A stretch of 64,000 nucleotides of DNA from Octopus sinensis. Lineage: Eukaryota. The notes under the pieces are model-generated. The model made no database searches. It was given only the letters and a program-made list of their open reading frames with translations, and was not told the DNA's origin. This document shows positions 14,186 to 26,635 of this stretch, in pieces (position 1 is the first letter of the stretch; each line of letters starts with the position of its first letter). The translations under genes and the position numbers were made by a program. The stretch covers positions 170,996,001-171,060,000 of the forward strand of contig NC_042999.1 of NCBI RefSeq assembly GCF_006345805.1, written 5' to 3'.

Positions 14186-16639
14186 GCATACACTCACACA
14201 GACACACACACACAGACGCACACACATATATATATACATATACATGTCTGCACATTTACCTTGGAACATTGGGTAGATAGATAAAGATATAGATAGGTAT
14301 TGCAAAGGCATATAAAGATATAAAATAAGAATATGCATAAACAAAAGAAAATGAGTAAAGGAAAGTAAAGAATACGTTAAAAGCAATATGTTCTTTTATA
14401 CATTATCCGACAAGACATGTTTTCCACTATTTTCAATTTTCATCTCGTAAAAATCTTAACGTATACTCAAAAATACATAAAGAAATTAACGAAGAAATAT
14501 ACATCTTAATGTAAATTTGTCCCGAAGGGAAATCTAAAGTAAAGGTTTTATACTCTTTCTCAGGTTGGGAAAAATCACTTTTAGAAGAGAAAGAGAAAAA
14601 GCAAATGACATAGGAAAAAAAAAAAAATAGCAGAAAATAATAAAAGAAGTTTTAAATTGACAGTAAACTCTGAAACATAAAGTGAGAGCTGAGATTTGCT
14701 CATGTCAATCAAGAGGAGATAACCGTGCAAGACAGATTAAGTGTTAAACCGTAAAAAAAAATATATATAAAGCCAAAAAATTTATGAACTCGACATGTTT
14801 TACAAACGTAGGTGTGTATATCTATTTCTATGGGGAAAAGTCTACCGATCTAACTTAGAGAAATGTGTGTGCGTGTGTGTCGGATTTTAAGTGTATGTGT
14901 GCGTATGTCTGAGTTTAAGTCTGTATGTATGTGTGTGTGTCTGTGTGTATATGTATATATATATATATATATAGTGTGTGTGTGTGTGTGTGTGTGTGAA
15001 TTGAGAAAGATGAATCTGCAATTTAGCATCTACTCTGCATCCACTTTTATAGAAAGGAAATTTTACACTTTCATTTTAGCGGATTTTCTACTGATCTGAC
15101 TTAGAAGTATGTCTTTAAGAATGTCGCAGAGAACATAGTGGTACATAATACCCCTTCATATATGTCAATGGGATCGATGGATGCTAATCTTCATAATGTG
15201 CTGTTGTGTCAAAGATCTTCTCTCGCCGTGTCTCAGTGTGGTGTTGAAAATTATTTTGAATTGCTCATTTCGTATTCCACATTTCCTTTTGATGTCCGCC
15301 GTTAACGACTTATCTCTTTATGCTCAGAGGATGAATTTGTACTAAATTTAGAATAAACCATTTAATTTTATATTCTTTAGAAAATGTTTTGTGGTTTGAG
15401 GCCTACCGGTATCCGTTGGTAGGATGCAATATTCACATAACTGCCTTAAGTGACTTAATATCTTTTTGAGTGCGAGATTTTACGTACGCATTGTATCGAA
15501 CTGAAATTTTTTTGTCATTTATCTTAATATCAGATATTTCAAAATAGAAAACGAACAAAAAATATATCTTCATTGTTTATATATTGTAAAATATAATATA
15601 AATAACTATCTTACTGCAAATATTCAGTAGCTATTTAATTTTCTTTTTAAGTTTACAAAACATATTTAAAGAAATGCAAATAGGAAATTTTATCTTTGAC
15701 TTAAGATATTTATCATGACTATATAAAGATGAATTGTATGATAATACAACACATTATATAAATACGAAGGACAGCCATTGCAACTACACCATGTGGTCAA
15801 AGAAACTGCAAGAAATAGCAGCGAAACAGCACGATATCATACTCTGAAAATTTAAGTAACGAAATGACATATTGCATAATCTAATTCTTGGTAAGCTAGT
15901 GCCTAAAGAGATGATAAGTCCAGATTTTATAAGGAAGTGATCATAACATAAATCTCAACGGTCGCTTCGTCTCTTAAAAATAGTGGTCTTATTTGTCTTA
16001 TATCTAATCTTACCTTTCCTGTGAAATTACTATAGCTGGAGACTCAATTATACAACCTTAACTCATATTACACTAGAAATTGTGGGTAATATTGGTAAAC
16101 ATCGATGAAATCAAATACATGGCTGTATTTGTTTCTAATGCAAAATTCAGTGTATGTTATATACAACAAGACGATACCTAAATATTTTCCTTGTTGATTT
16201 AATTTGATATTCAAAAGCATTTTACCGCTGAAAAGTAAAGAGATTCGAAAACATCTACAATCTTCAAACTAATGGCAACAAAATACATGGCAAGGGATGG
16301 AGACGTACACAAATATTCACACACACAGAATTTTAATCGTCATATTATGTATGTATATATATATATATATATATACACACACAAAACGGACACACGACGC
16401 GCACACGACGCACACAAACACACACGCACGCACAAGCAACACACACACGCACACACGTCTATACAGAGTGTTTTAAAACTTACGGTCTATTTCAGTGATA
16501 TCCGAACGCGAAAGAACGGGTATCTCTTGTAACATGGAAGATTAAGGGCCTGCATTGCGAAGGCATTATAAATAAATTTGAGAATTAGATTCATAAAAGA
16601 GGTCTAAAGACAAAGCTATTCATGAGTTCTTAACGGAAT

Positions 16640-17627
16640 TTCAGAAAACTGGGTCTGTGATGATGACTCAGAACTGTATGATCAATAAAATATAGAGAAA
16701 AACAATCGAATTGGTTCGGTAAGCATTTGAAGAGGAACCACAATTATCGACTCGTAGGGCAGCTAAAATGTTAGAAATTCTACAAACATCACTCCACAGA
16801 ATACTGTGATGCGATCTGGAGAGAACAATTTATCACATTCAAACTTTTCGCAACATACAAGAAGAGTGTTATCCGCGCAAATCAGCGATGATCACAGAGC
16901 TTAGTGATCAAATTGAAAGTGACGATTTAATCAACAAAAGTCTGTTAAGAGATGAAATGACCTTCCACATATGTGGAAAAGTTATCATAGCTGTCACCTT
17001 TTGGTGAAACGAGAAGCCAATTGAATTTCTTGACTCGAAACGAGATACATCAGAAGTGAATGTGTGGGTCGGTAAGGTGTATGGACATTTCTTCTTTGCA
17101 GAGACTGTGGTCACATGAACTGTATAGCTTGATATCTTTAACAATTCCTTGAACCGCAACTTCTTTGCAAATGACATTGACACAGTAGCTTTTTAAAAGG
17201 ATGGAGCACTGTGCCATTTTGCAAAGTTTGTAAGTAATTATCTTGATACATGTTTCCCTCGTCGTTGGATATGTGGTGGAAGAAAACAAGCATGGGGTGC
17301 ACGCTCACCCAATTTAAAACTATTAAATATTTCCCTTTATATTAAGTCTATGAGGTAACTAGCAGAAAATTTAGAGATGTAGCAGTGCTTTGAAATATTA
17401 TTACTGGTGCAATTTAAAATATAACACCTGAAATGATGGAAAGTATATTTCAGGAAGCAATTTATTAGTTTGAGCTCTTTAGAGACACTGACGGTCACCA
17501 TATAGAGTAGTAATTTTTTGCAGCGTATACTTTAAAATAAATATATTATTCAAATTTAAACCAGTTGTTCTGATTCTTATTTGTAGCAATGCGGGTACTG
17601 ACTAAAACCCTTAGTCACCATAGTGCC

Positions 17628-17633
<6 letters not shown>
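16640..17633 (+). mobile_element. Tc1/mariner DD41D (rosa/VS-type) transposase relic
   Basis: Fragments STRRAAKMLEI, RDEMTFHICGKV, EVNVW, GHFFFAETV, KDGALCHFAKFVSNYLDTCFPRRWICGGRKQAWGARSPNLKLLN (41 residues between second D and third catalytic position), ITPEMMESIF. Only a right-end candidate is seen. Confidence 0.8.
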
Positions 17634-17680
<47 letters not shown>

Positions 17681-18207
17681 TAATTATAATAAAGGGTTAT
17701 ATGTAACAAGTTGCTTAAACCACATACTGAAAATATTAGAAATAGCAGCCAAATAGGTTACCATTACTATTACTACAAAAATAAGTCTCCACAAACAACA
17801 GTATTTGCAACCCGTATATGGTAAAAAGAAGGAAGACAACGAAGTTACACAGTCTACTTTGGACCAATTATGGACGACCGTTTCTGGATTAGAATCGAAA
17901 ATTCTTTTCCTTATCAACATAATATTTCCCATATTTTCCTAGCATTTCTAGATTTATGGGAAATATTATGTTGATAAGGTAAAAAATTTTCGATTCTAAT
18001 CCAGAAACGATCGTCCATAATTGATCCAAAGTAGACTGTGTGATTTCGTTGTCTTCCTTCTTTTTACCATATACGGGTTGCAAATACTGTTGTTTGTGGA
18101 GACTTATTTTTGTAGTAACAGTAATGGTAACCTATTTGGCTGCTATTTCTAATATTTTCGGTATGTGGTTTAAGCAACTTGTTGCATATAACCCTTTATT
18201 ATAATTA
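17681..18207. mobile_element. Fold-back element, 253-bp arms with 21-nt loop, decayed hammerhead in each arm (17867-17923 -, 17965-18021 +)
   Basis: 17681-17933 vs 17955-18207 are near-identical inverted copies. The + arm reads AUUAUG-UUGAUAA-GG...UCC-A-GAAAC-GAUC-GUC-CAUAAU. Confidence 0.8.
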
Positions 18208-18316
18208 TATATAATTTTTACCGAACATGGTCCTTTCCATACCGAAAGACTACTAGGGGAAATTTATTAATTTTATTAAATTAATTATATTTCACCCTTT
18301 ATATGTATCGAATATA

Positions 18317-18358
<42 letters not shown>

Positions 18359-18529
18359 AAAATATACAGGGTAGGAAATTTATAGAAATTTTTCTACTAG
18401 TGTCAATAGAGAACATATTTTTCATATAAATGTTTAAAAATTTTATATTACACTAATTTTATAGAAATGTATATATATATATGTATATATATATACAATA
18501 TTAAAGATAAAAATTACCCCGAAGTAGCA

Positions 18530-20225
18530 ATAGCAATACCTTTAATTCTATAATTGTATACTGCCTATTATGACCAACACGTTTCAATTGCACCGATTAG
18601 TAATCGTTGCAATTGCAACTGTAGTCTCTTCAACAACTTAACTTGATAAATCTCGGCACGGTCGCTTAATGATTTTATTTTATAAACTGCGCGTTGTATA
18701 TTGAAGAGTTGTCCGATAAGTTAGACGCGAACAATCTCTATTTGAAGTAGTTATTGGATAATCATTTTCAGTCCATCATTTCAAAACCTTGTATTGTTTA
18801 AATGATAATTACTCATTTATATTTGGGAAATGTATATTTCCTCATGTGCAAGCGTCTCAACGCTTGCTTGTGTCTAGAATTTATTACATTACCCTTGGAT
18901 GAGAAATTTCCTGAAAAATTTTTCTGCACATAGATCGCATCTACTGATTCCAGGTCAGCATCGTTTTGCAGTACAGATTACCATCCCCCCATTTAATCGT
19001 ATAGTCCTTGTTATTGGACTTGAAAGACCAGATTAATTTTGCTAAAACTCGTTTGAGACCTATTTTTGTCCTTAAATGAACTCAAATGATTTACAAGTCT
19101 CCCCTAAAAAATTTATGATGTCCCACCTATGTCCCACCCTCATATCTAACAATACATCTACATATTACACTTTTAGTTTTACACTTACAGGATTCCCGTT
19201 TACAACAATTGCAAAAATAGTCTTTTACATTTCCGTCAGATTTAGTTTCAATTTAATCATTGATTGTAAAATTAAATTCATTTCCACCAAGTTCTCCATT
19301 ACTATTGATTCCTTTAGATAACGTTATCTTTGTTCTATTTCTATCTGACCTTTTATTCGATTTCACGTAATTGTTTATGTTAAATTGGGTTGTTATCCTT
19401 TCCGCGACATTTAATTTCTTAACGTTCCCGTCTATTTGAGTTTCTTTATTCCGTTTGACGTGATTATGCTTCGAATTTATTACGTTATTCAGATGGTAAT
19501 CGCTTTTTTGGAATTTAGATATCATTTTAATATTATGTTTTACTATAATTTATGCAATATTACGACTAAGACAATAACCCAATCTAATTTTATGCCGATT
19601 AAAACTTTTGTAATATTTGTGGTTTTCTTGGAAAATATCTTTGAATTGCTATATTAAACAATTTGGAAAAATTGTAATCGACCTGTTTACCAGACAGAAC
19701 GATTAACCATACAGTATTCTTCGAGTTAAGATCATAATTTTAATGTTTATACCCGTTTTTTGAAGGAGTAAGTATTCTCGGATTTCGAACCATTTTAAAG
19801 TTAGTGTTTATTTTACTTTTATTTTTATTGTTAAATCTTTTAGCCGATTACAGATTAAGAAAATCTGAGATTTTATTAGAGAATTCTACATCTTCATTTC
19901 CATTAGCAGTACGATAATTTTTAACCTGGTCATCAACTATATTACTACTTTTCCTTTTGTTATAAATATAATTGTTCCTCTTTTTATTCTCACTATTAAA
20001 ATCACCCTCTCTTGTTGTTTTATCAACATGAATATTTGATGTTAAATCTCCATTACTACATTTGTTATAAGTAGAGTTGTTTATAGTACTAGATTTTAGG
20101 CCTGCAATACTAAAATTACTATTTAAATCTGATTCGATATTTGACTTATTAAATTCAATTTTATCATTAAAACCCGCTTTCCTAAGTGCCAAGTTATAGT
20201 AGTCTTCATTGTCATTCGCTGACAA
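18530..20225 (-). mobile_element. Degenerate Penelope-like element 3' half (RT thumb, linker, GIY-YIG)
   Basis: Minus-strand fragments in the expected order: YNLALRKAGFNDKIEF; FSKLFNIAIQRYFPRK/HKYYKSFNRHKIRLGYCLSRNIA; CNCCKRESC; LIWSFKSNNKDYTIKW...RCDLCAEK. Stops and frameshifts throughout. Confidence 0.8.
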
Positions 20226-20297
20226 TTTTGCTTATTCTAGACGAAATATTCAGATTACAAAGTAGACAATTCTTCTACTGAAACTATGGTAACAAGT

Positions 20298-20477
20298 TTA
20301 CTTCCAGAGCAGAGTGGGGAGATGACTGGTTTGTTTAGTGAGTTTGATTGAATATTTTACGACAATCCTGGGCGCACTACTGTTGTGATGTATGATATTG
20401 AGTTGACTTATAGAAAGCCGATTAAACAGCCTTACAGAATGCACCCAACCAAGTTTAAAATTCTTGAGCAGGAAGTC
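20298..20477 (+). mobile_element. Ty3/Gypsy pol fragment (region just upstream of RT)
   Basis: LLPEQSGEMTGLFSEFD*IFYDNPGRTTVVMYDIELTYRKPIKQPYRMHPTKFKILEQEV matches the PGRT...I(Q/K)xPYRxxP pattern. Confidence 0.75.
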
Positions 20478-20589
20478 TTTATAAGTGGGTTTCGTACCGA
20501 TTTGTTATGATTGCTTCCAACATTTATATTTTTGTTTTCATTAGGCTTATATATATATACATGTGTGTATGTATGTATGTCACCCTCCC

Positions 20590-20655
<66 letters not shown>

Positions 20656-21140
20656 ATTGACCTCTGTGTGTGTGTTCGCTTTTCACGCGAAAACGGCTGT
20701 GCGAATTGCTTTCATACCTGTGATGCATGAATAATTTGACCTCGGATACATAAGCTCTTCGGTCTTTTTTTTTTTATTAAAAATAAATAATATTACTTTA
20801 TATATATGATTCACTTCTATAAAAAAGAAACGGTGAAATTTTTCATTTTGATTTGCGAAATCTCTAGCTTTCTATTTCAATGTTTTCATTTCCAGTTTTA
20901 ATTCGCTATTTGCAAACAACTACGATAAATTACTGAAAGAAATAAAAACCATGGGGAGGAGCCTTTTCGGTAAAAAAGAAAAAAATTCTTAAATTTCAAC
21001 AATGAGTTTCCCAATCCATGTCATATAGTCATAAGTCATCAAGATAACATGCACAGATGCTCATTCCTTCTGTTACTAAGGTCATGAGTCTCTGGAAAAT
21101 GGATATTTTTAATGAAATTCTATAAATATACCTTTCAAAT

Positions 21141-21461
21141 CAGGAATTCTCAACCATTTCTTTATCTATGGACCCCTTTAATTACTATTTTACTCAGACG
21201 GATCCCCATTGAATCCATACGATGTTTAAAACTAGTTTTATAGAAACTTCTTCCAAAATCCCTATTTTGTTTTTCTCACATTCACTTGTTTAGGTTGAAC
21301 CATGTAAAATGCTAGAACACGAAACTCAGCCATTCCTTGCAATACATACATCTAAAGCAAAATGATTTAGGGGTCCTTAAAATACAATTGTGGATCTCTA
21401 TTTACAATTTTGTTACATGGAACCCCAAAAATCTTATATGAACCCCTGTTGAGAACCACTG
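21141..21461. mobile_element. hAT (Charlie-type) MITE
   Basis: Ends CAGGAATTCTCAAC / GTTGAGAACCACTG (11/14 inverted match); flanking 8-mers TTTCAAAT and GTGTAAAT are a degenerate TSD. Confidence 0.6.
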
Positions 21462-22736
21462 GTGTAAATTCTTCGGAATGAAGAGAGGCATCTTTTCAGG
21501 AAAGGTAGATCAAAATTTAAAAAAATTTATGATTTTTTTCCCTTCTCCCCCTTTCCAATCCGGACTGATTTCGACCCTTTTTTTTCTATTTTGGTCGACG
21601 CACTCAAAACCAATGAAAGAAACATTTTCGCTTAAAAAAGAAAAAGGTGAATTTTGGTAAAGAAACCCCACAATTTTCACTAAGAAACAAAATCAAACTC
21701 GGATTTTTTTTTCTTGGTGAAAATCTTGTGGGTGTCCTTACCAAAATTTAGCAAAAATTGTTAATAATTTGAGAGAAAAATGTTTGATTTGAGGGAGGTG
21801 TAACTGTTAATTCTAGCACATCCCAGGACCTCCCTCCTCGTTTCTTTCTCAATCTCACATCTATTGATGCTTTTCAATATTTTTTTTCCCAGAAACACAT
21901 TTTATGGAATGATGATGCCAGAGTAACACACGCCTGGTCCATTGCTGCGATATAATAAGCTAAGAGAAAAGACAAATTGGTAATTTCGATTTTTATTCGC
22001 ATCGCTATCAACCGAGGCCGTGTGTGTAAGAAAAGAAACCATTATCTAACAGAAAATGATGCTCTCAAAAGAAATGCTCTTTTACAAAGCTCTTATTTAA
22101 ATCCCGGTGGATAAATCCCAGCAAGAATCTTCTCAGGCTCTCCAATATTTTACAATTATATAAAGAGAAAGAATCGGGGGCCAGGAAGTGGGGCTAAAAA
22201 TAATCATAAGATTTTAGAAATATTCTTTTTATTTTTTTATAACATACATGTGTTTCTGAGGGAAAAATATTGAAAAACATCAAAACATTGAATGAGAAAA
22301 AAAAAAAGAAGACAAGGAGGATGGTGTGCTAGAAACAACAGCCACATCTCCTTAAATCACACATTTTTCCCCTCGACCCTTTACAAAACATTTTGCCAAC
22401 AAATTTCTTTTTAATCGTAATCTACATCGTTTGAAAGTTATTTCTATAAAATTTCATTCAAAAATACCCATTTTCCTGCAATATATGAGTGGGGAAAATG
22501 TCGGGTCGCGTGAATTTTGCGAAACTCCTTTCCCCAAACACTTCAAAAAATGTTTTTCTAACAAATCCTTACAAAAACTTAATCTACAGGATCTAAACGA
22601 TTATTTGTTGAAAGTGTCATTAAAAAATATCCATTTTTCTTCAAGTTATGAGGAAACAAAGTCAGTGGGGGTATATATCTGTAGTTATGCCGAATTTGCT
22701 TCCTCACAACTTTCACAAAATTAAATATTTCTTGAT

Positions 22737-22945
22737 GAAATTTTCTACAAATATTCTTCATATGGTTTAGATTCCGATTAAATCGGAATTCATTGTGAAA
22801 ACCGTTTGTCCCTGGGTGGGAAAAGTAGTTTTAGAAAATTCACAAGATTCGCCTTTGTTATGAAAGAAAAAAGTTTTTCCGATAAATCCCCATAGAATCG
22901 GAATCTACACTATCTGAAGCATATTTGTAGGAAATTTCATGAAAA
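22737..22945. repeat. Imperfect inverted repeat (~45-bp arms), MITE-like
   Basis: atgaaattttctacaaatattcttcatatggtttagattccgatt vs aatcggaatctacactatctgaagcatatttgtaggaaatttcat. Confidence 0.6.
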
Positions 22946-23860
22946 ATTTCCATTTTTTTGCAAGTTATTAGGGAAGAAGCATATACATCATAAATGAACA
23001 TTTATACACATGTATATTTATAAAATATACCTACATATACACACATGTCTTTGCTATGTTTTTTTATCACTTGAAACTCATAGATGCATACTTTTATAAT
23101 ATTTTACACTTAAACCGCCACAGGACAATATTTTTAGAGTTGCTTCTGATAGTGTCTGTCCTTCACTTCTTTAGGAAAAACGATACACATTTTAGAGTCT
23201 TTGGCTCTTATTTCTAGCATGATGTTAGGCCATCTATAGGACGATATTTAACATGGATGCTCCGATTTTTATTTGTGATAAAACAAAAATGTGAAGGCTT
23301 TGGTGGCTCTTTCTAGCATGAAATGAGACTATATACAGGTCAATTTCATTCATAAAAGGTTCTTAGCTGTCCTTTAAATTTTATATGAGAAATAAAGTGT
23401 ATTTGAAGTCACTTGGTTTCTGTTTCTAGCATTAAAAAATGACCAGATATGGGAACGCTTTTAATAAATGCTTCTTAAAGTGTCTTTTTCTTTTGTATGA
23501 ACCCCAACAGCAACAGCAACAACAACAACCCTACGAGGACGAAAGGCAATGTTTGTGCGTGTGTGCAGTTGGAATGTCACTGCAACAATGTCACAACAAC
23601 AATCTATTATTATTAAACGTTAAAAACTGACAGATGCAGACTGCACACACGCACACACAACGCTGCTGCTGCTGATGATGGAGCCGTTGGTGGCGATAGT
23701 GATGATGGTGATGATGATGGTGGTGGTGGTCGTCGTCTGCTGTTGTTGTTGTTGGTCGTCTGTCTTTTAGTGGAGCATCAATGATTATGAAAGTCTCTGG
23801 TTTGGGACCAGACATTCCTATACATACATGCATTACATAAACACACATATATATGTATAT

Positions 23861-23917
<57 letters not shown>

Positions 23918-23981
23918 TATATATATACATATGTACATACATATATATATATACACACAAACATACATACATGTATATACA

Positions 23982-24060
<79 letters not shown>

Positions 24061-24526
24061 TACATATATATACGCACAAACATGCATATTTACACATTAC
24101 ATACACACACACACATTTGTATAAATATATACACACACATGTGTATATACACATTTTAGTAAAACTGCAAAATCATCCCAGAACTGTTACATGTTATTTT
24201 TTACTTGTTTTCAGTGATTTGAATGCGGCCATGCTGGAGCACCTCTTAATATGTATATATTCAAAAGTGGGTTCATATTTATGTTTATAGCCTTATTTCT
24301 ATACTTACATTCCTAAATATGTGTGTGTGTATATATGTAAACACGTGTATATATACTGTATATAAATATACACACACACACAAAGAAAGTGTGTTGAGGA
24401 ATGTTACAACACTGATTGTTGGTGTGTAAGATGCAATGTATGCAATGCAGGTTCGATTCCCGGGTGAACCTATTTACAATAATAAGAATAAGATCGAAGT
24501 TTAATATTTCTGAAAATATTTATTTG

Positions 24527-26635
24527 TCAAAATAAAAAAAAAGCGAAAGAATGACGTCCAGGAATAATTCCAAAAACCATCAAAGAATTTTCTGAAACAT
24601 CCAAACCAAGAACTTCAAAGACTTCGTTATCATCCTCTCTGAGGAGTAAATATTTTGGATTATCTTCTAATCTCAAGATTTCATTATCTTCAGATGTTTC
24701 CTCTTCAATATGTCGAGGTATTTCATAAATATTATTCCCTAAATCTGTTATGAAATACATTCACCAATTATGGTTAAATGAGGTCTTGGAGTATAATATT
24801 CCAGAAAAGAAAACATTCTTTCTCCTATTCTTATCTTCCTCACCAAAGACATTTCTCTGAGCCATTCCACAAAACACGAAACTTCCCAAATTCCAATCTC
24901 CACCTCCATTATCTTCTTCATCTCCCTCCTCATAACAACATCACCAAAAGATGTGACTCCCAGACCATCCACCCCTTCATCTCCCTCCAACCTTCCCCAT
25001 CTCCTCATCTTCCCACGACACACTTCATCTTTGCATTTCCCATCTTTGATATCAACCACACCCACATAATAAGGGTCAAAGATGGGGTCAATGCAATAAT
25101 AGTAATACTTGTTGTTCTCCCATCTTCGGTATTTCTCGTCTCTCACTTCTTGAGTTATGTCTCTAATATAATGACCACCACACACGAGTTGATCGTCGTT
25201 GTATTTATAAATCCTGTTGTAGTATTTCTCAGTTCTGATGGTTTTTAAACGACAGCGATCCCTGTTGAAGATCCTCATTTCTCTCCCAAAGGCGACAATG
25301 AAACAGTCATCTGTCCACCGACATATGTCCAGTGGTGGTAGTTGTTGTTGTTCATGCTTGATGTCGGACACCACCAACTGTCCATTGGCCAGATTACATA
25401 TTTCGCCAATGACAAGTTTTTGGTCATTCTCCTTTTCTTTGAGTCGTAGATTTAGATTTCTGATATAAGGATTTTTCGTGGGTAAACAACAGCCAGACGA
25501 CCGGTCCTGATACTTGTAAAGAAGAACCCTGCTGAGTTGAGTGTCCGGGAAATAAAGAGTTCCTTGGAAAACAGCAATGTGAGGGTGACCAGGGAAAGGC
25601 AGTCCCCACTGCCATTTCAATTCTCCATATACATCGTAACATCTCAGAATAGAATGTCTCCTAAAGAGGACATAGAAATAAACATTATCCGAGTAGATGT
25701 GATGAGAGTAGCCATAGAATGGATGGTATTTTTGAAAAAGTTCTTCACCACATGTGGAATAAAATACCATTTTATTTTCGTTTCCATCTACGACTACAAA
25801 ATTAATTGGAGTTGCAGCAATGGTGACACTATAATGTCCCAGAGAAATTCTTTCTATAATGTCAGCTTTATCATCTTTGATCAATAGGATATGGACCTCG
25901 CGTTTGTTTCCATTTGTGGTTAGAGCTAAACACTTATTTGATACAACATGACATAGTTTAATGTAATCAGTATGGACTTTCATTTAAAGGGCCTTTCATT
26001 AGCTCAGGGCATGTGATACACTGAAATTCTTTGTTTTCACGGTAAAACACCAGAAATCCTTTAGAATTCATTGTACAAAAGCAAGAAGGAATCTCAAGGA
26101 AAGTTGAATTATTTTGGTCAATTATTTCTCCAGTCTCAGTGAATAATATAGCTTTATTATTCCTGTAGAATATTAATATAGAAGATGTAGACATAGGTAG
26201 AATATTAGTAATGTTGTAGCAATCCTCAATATAAATATACTTGTTCAATGTTGGGGTCCATAGCTGGTGGTTATATGATTGCCTGGGCCAAAAGTCTTCA
26301 TTTGTTCCAATGATATAAAGGACATCAAAATAATCGGTTACAAAAATGTTTTCTTTGCCAACAGAAATATGGCGGCATTTCATGCCAATTTCTCTTGTCG
26401 TCACAACACCTGTACCTGATATCCGATAAATAATATGTCCCTGGAGGACATAAAAATGATTTTGGTACACAGAGATGTGACTTGGAATGTCCAGGGAATT
26501 GGTATCCACCTCAAATAACTGCTGGCCATCCACATTGTAACAGGTAACCCTGTTAATACTGGAAACAGATACGAAGCATTCTTAATTGCTTTTCTGGTGC
26601 CACACCCAATATAAACCAAAATATTGTTCAATATG
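24527..26635 (-). pseudogene. Beta-propeller (NHL/TRIM-NHL-like blade repeats) reading frame of about 700 codons, disrupted by an in-frame TAA (26582-26584), a +1 frameshift (~25984) and a -1 frameshift (~24759)
   Basis: Three abutting/overlapping minus-strand ORFs (188, 411, 77 aa) join into one protein-like frame: ...CPELMKGPL/MKVHTDYIKLC... and ...LTIIGE/YFITDLGNNIYEIP.... Blade-like motifs recur: RVTCYNVDGQQLF, AILFTETGEII, MVFYSTCGEELF, ILRCYDVYGELKW. The frame extends upstream through one TAA to HIEQYFGLYWVWHQKSN. Fold assignment is inference from motif pattern. Confidence 0.72.

Noticed and set aside
23505-23760. PolyQ/polyH ORFs
   Set aside because: Compound trinucleotide microsatellites without coding context.
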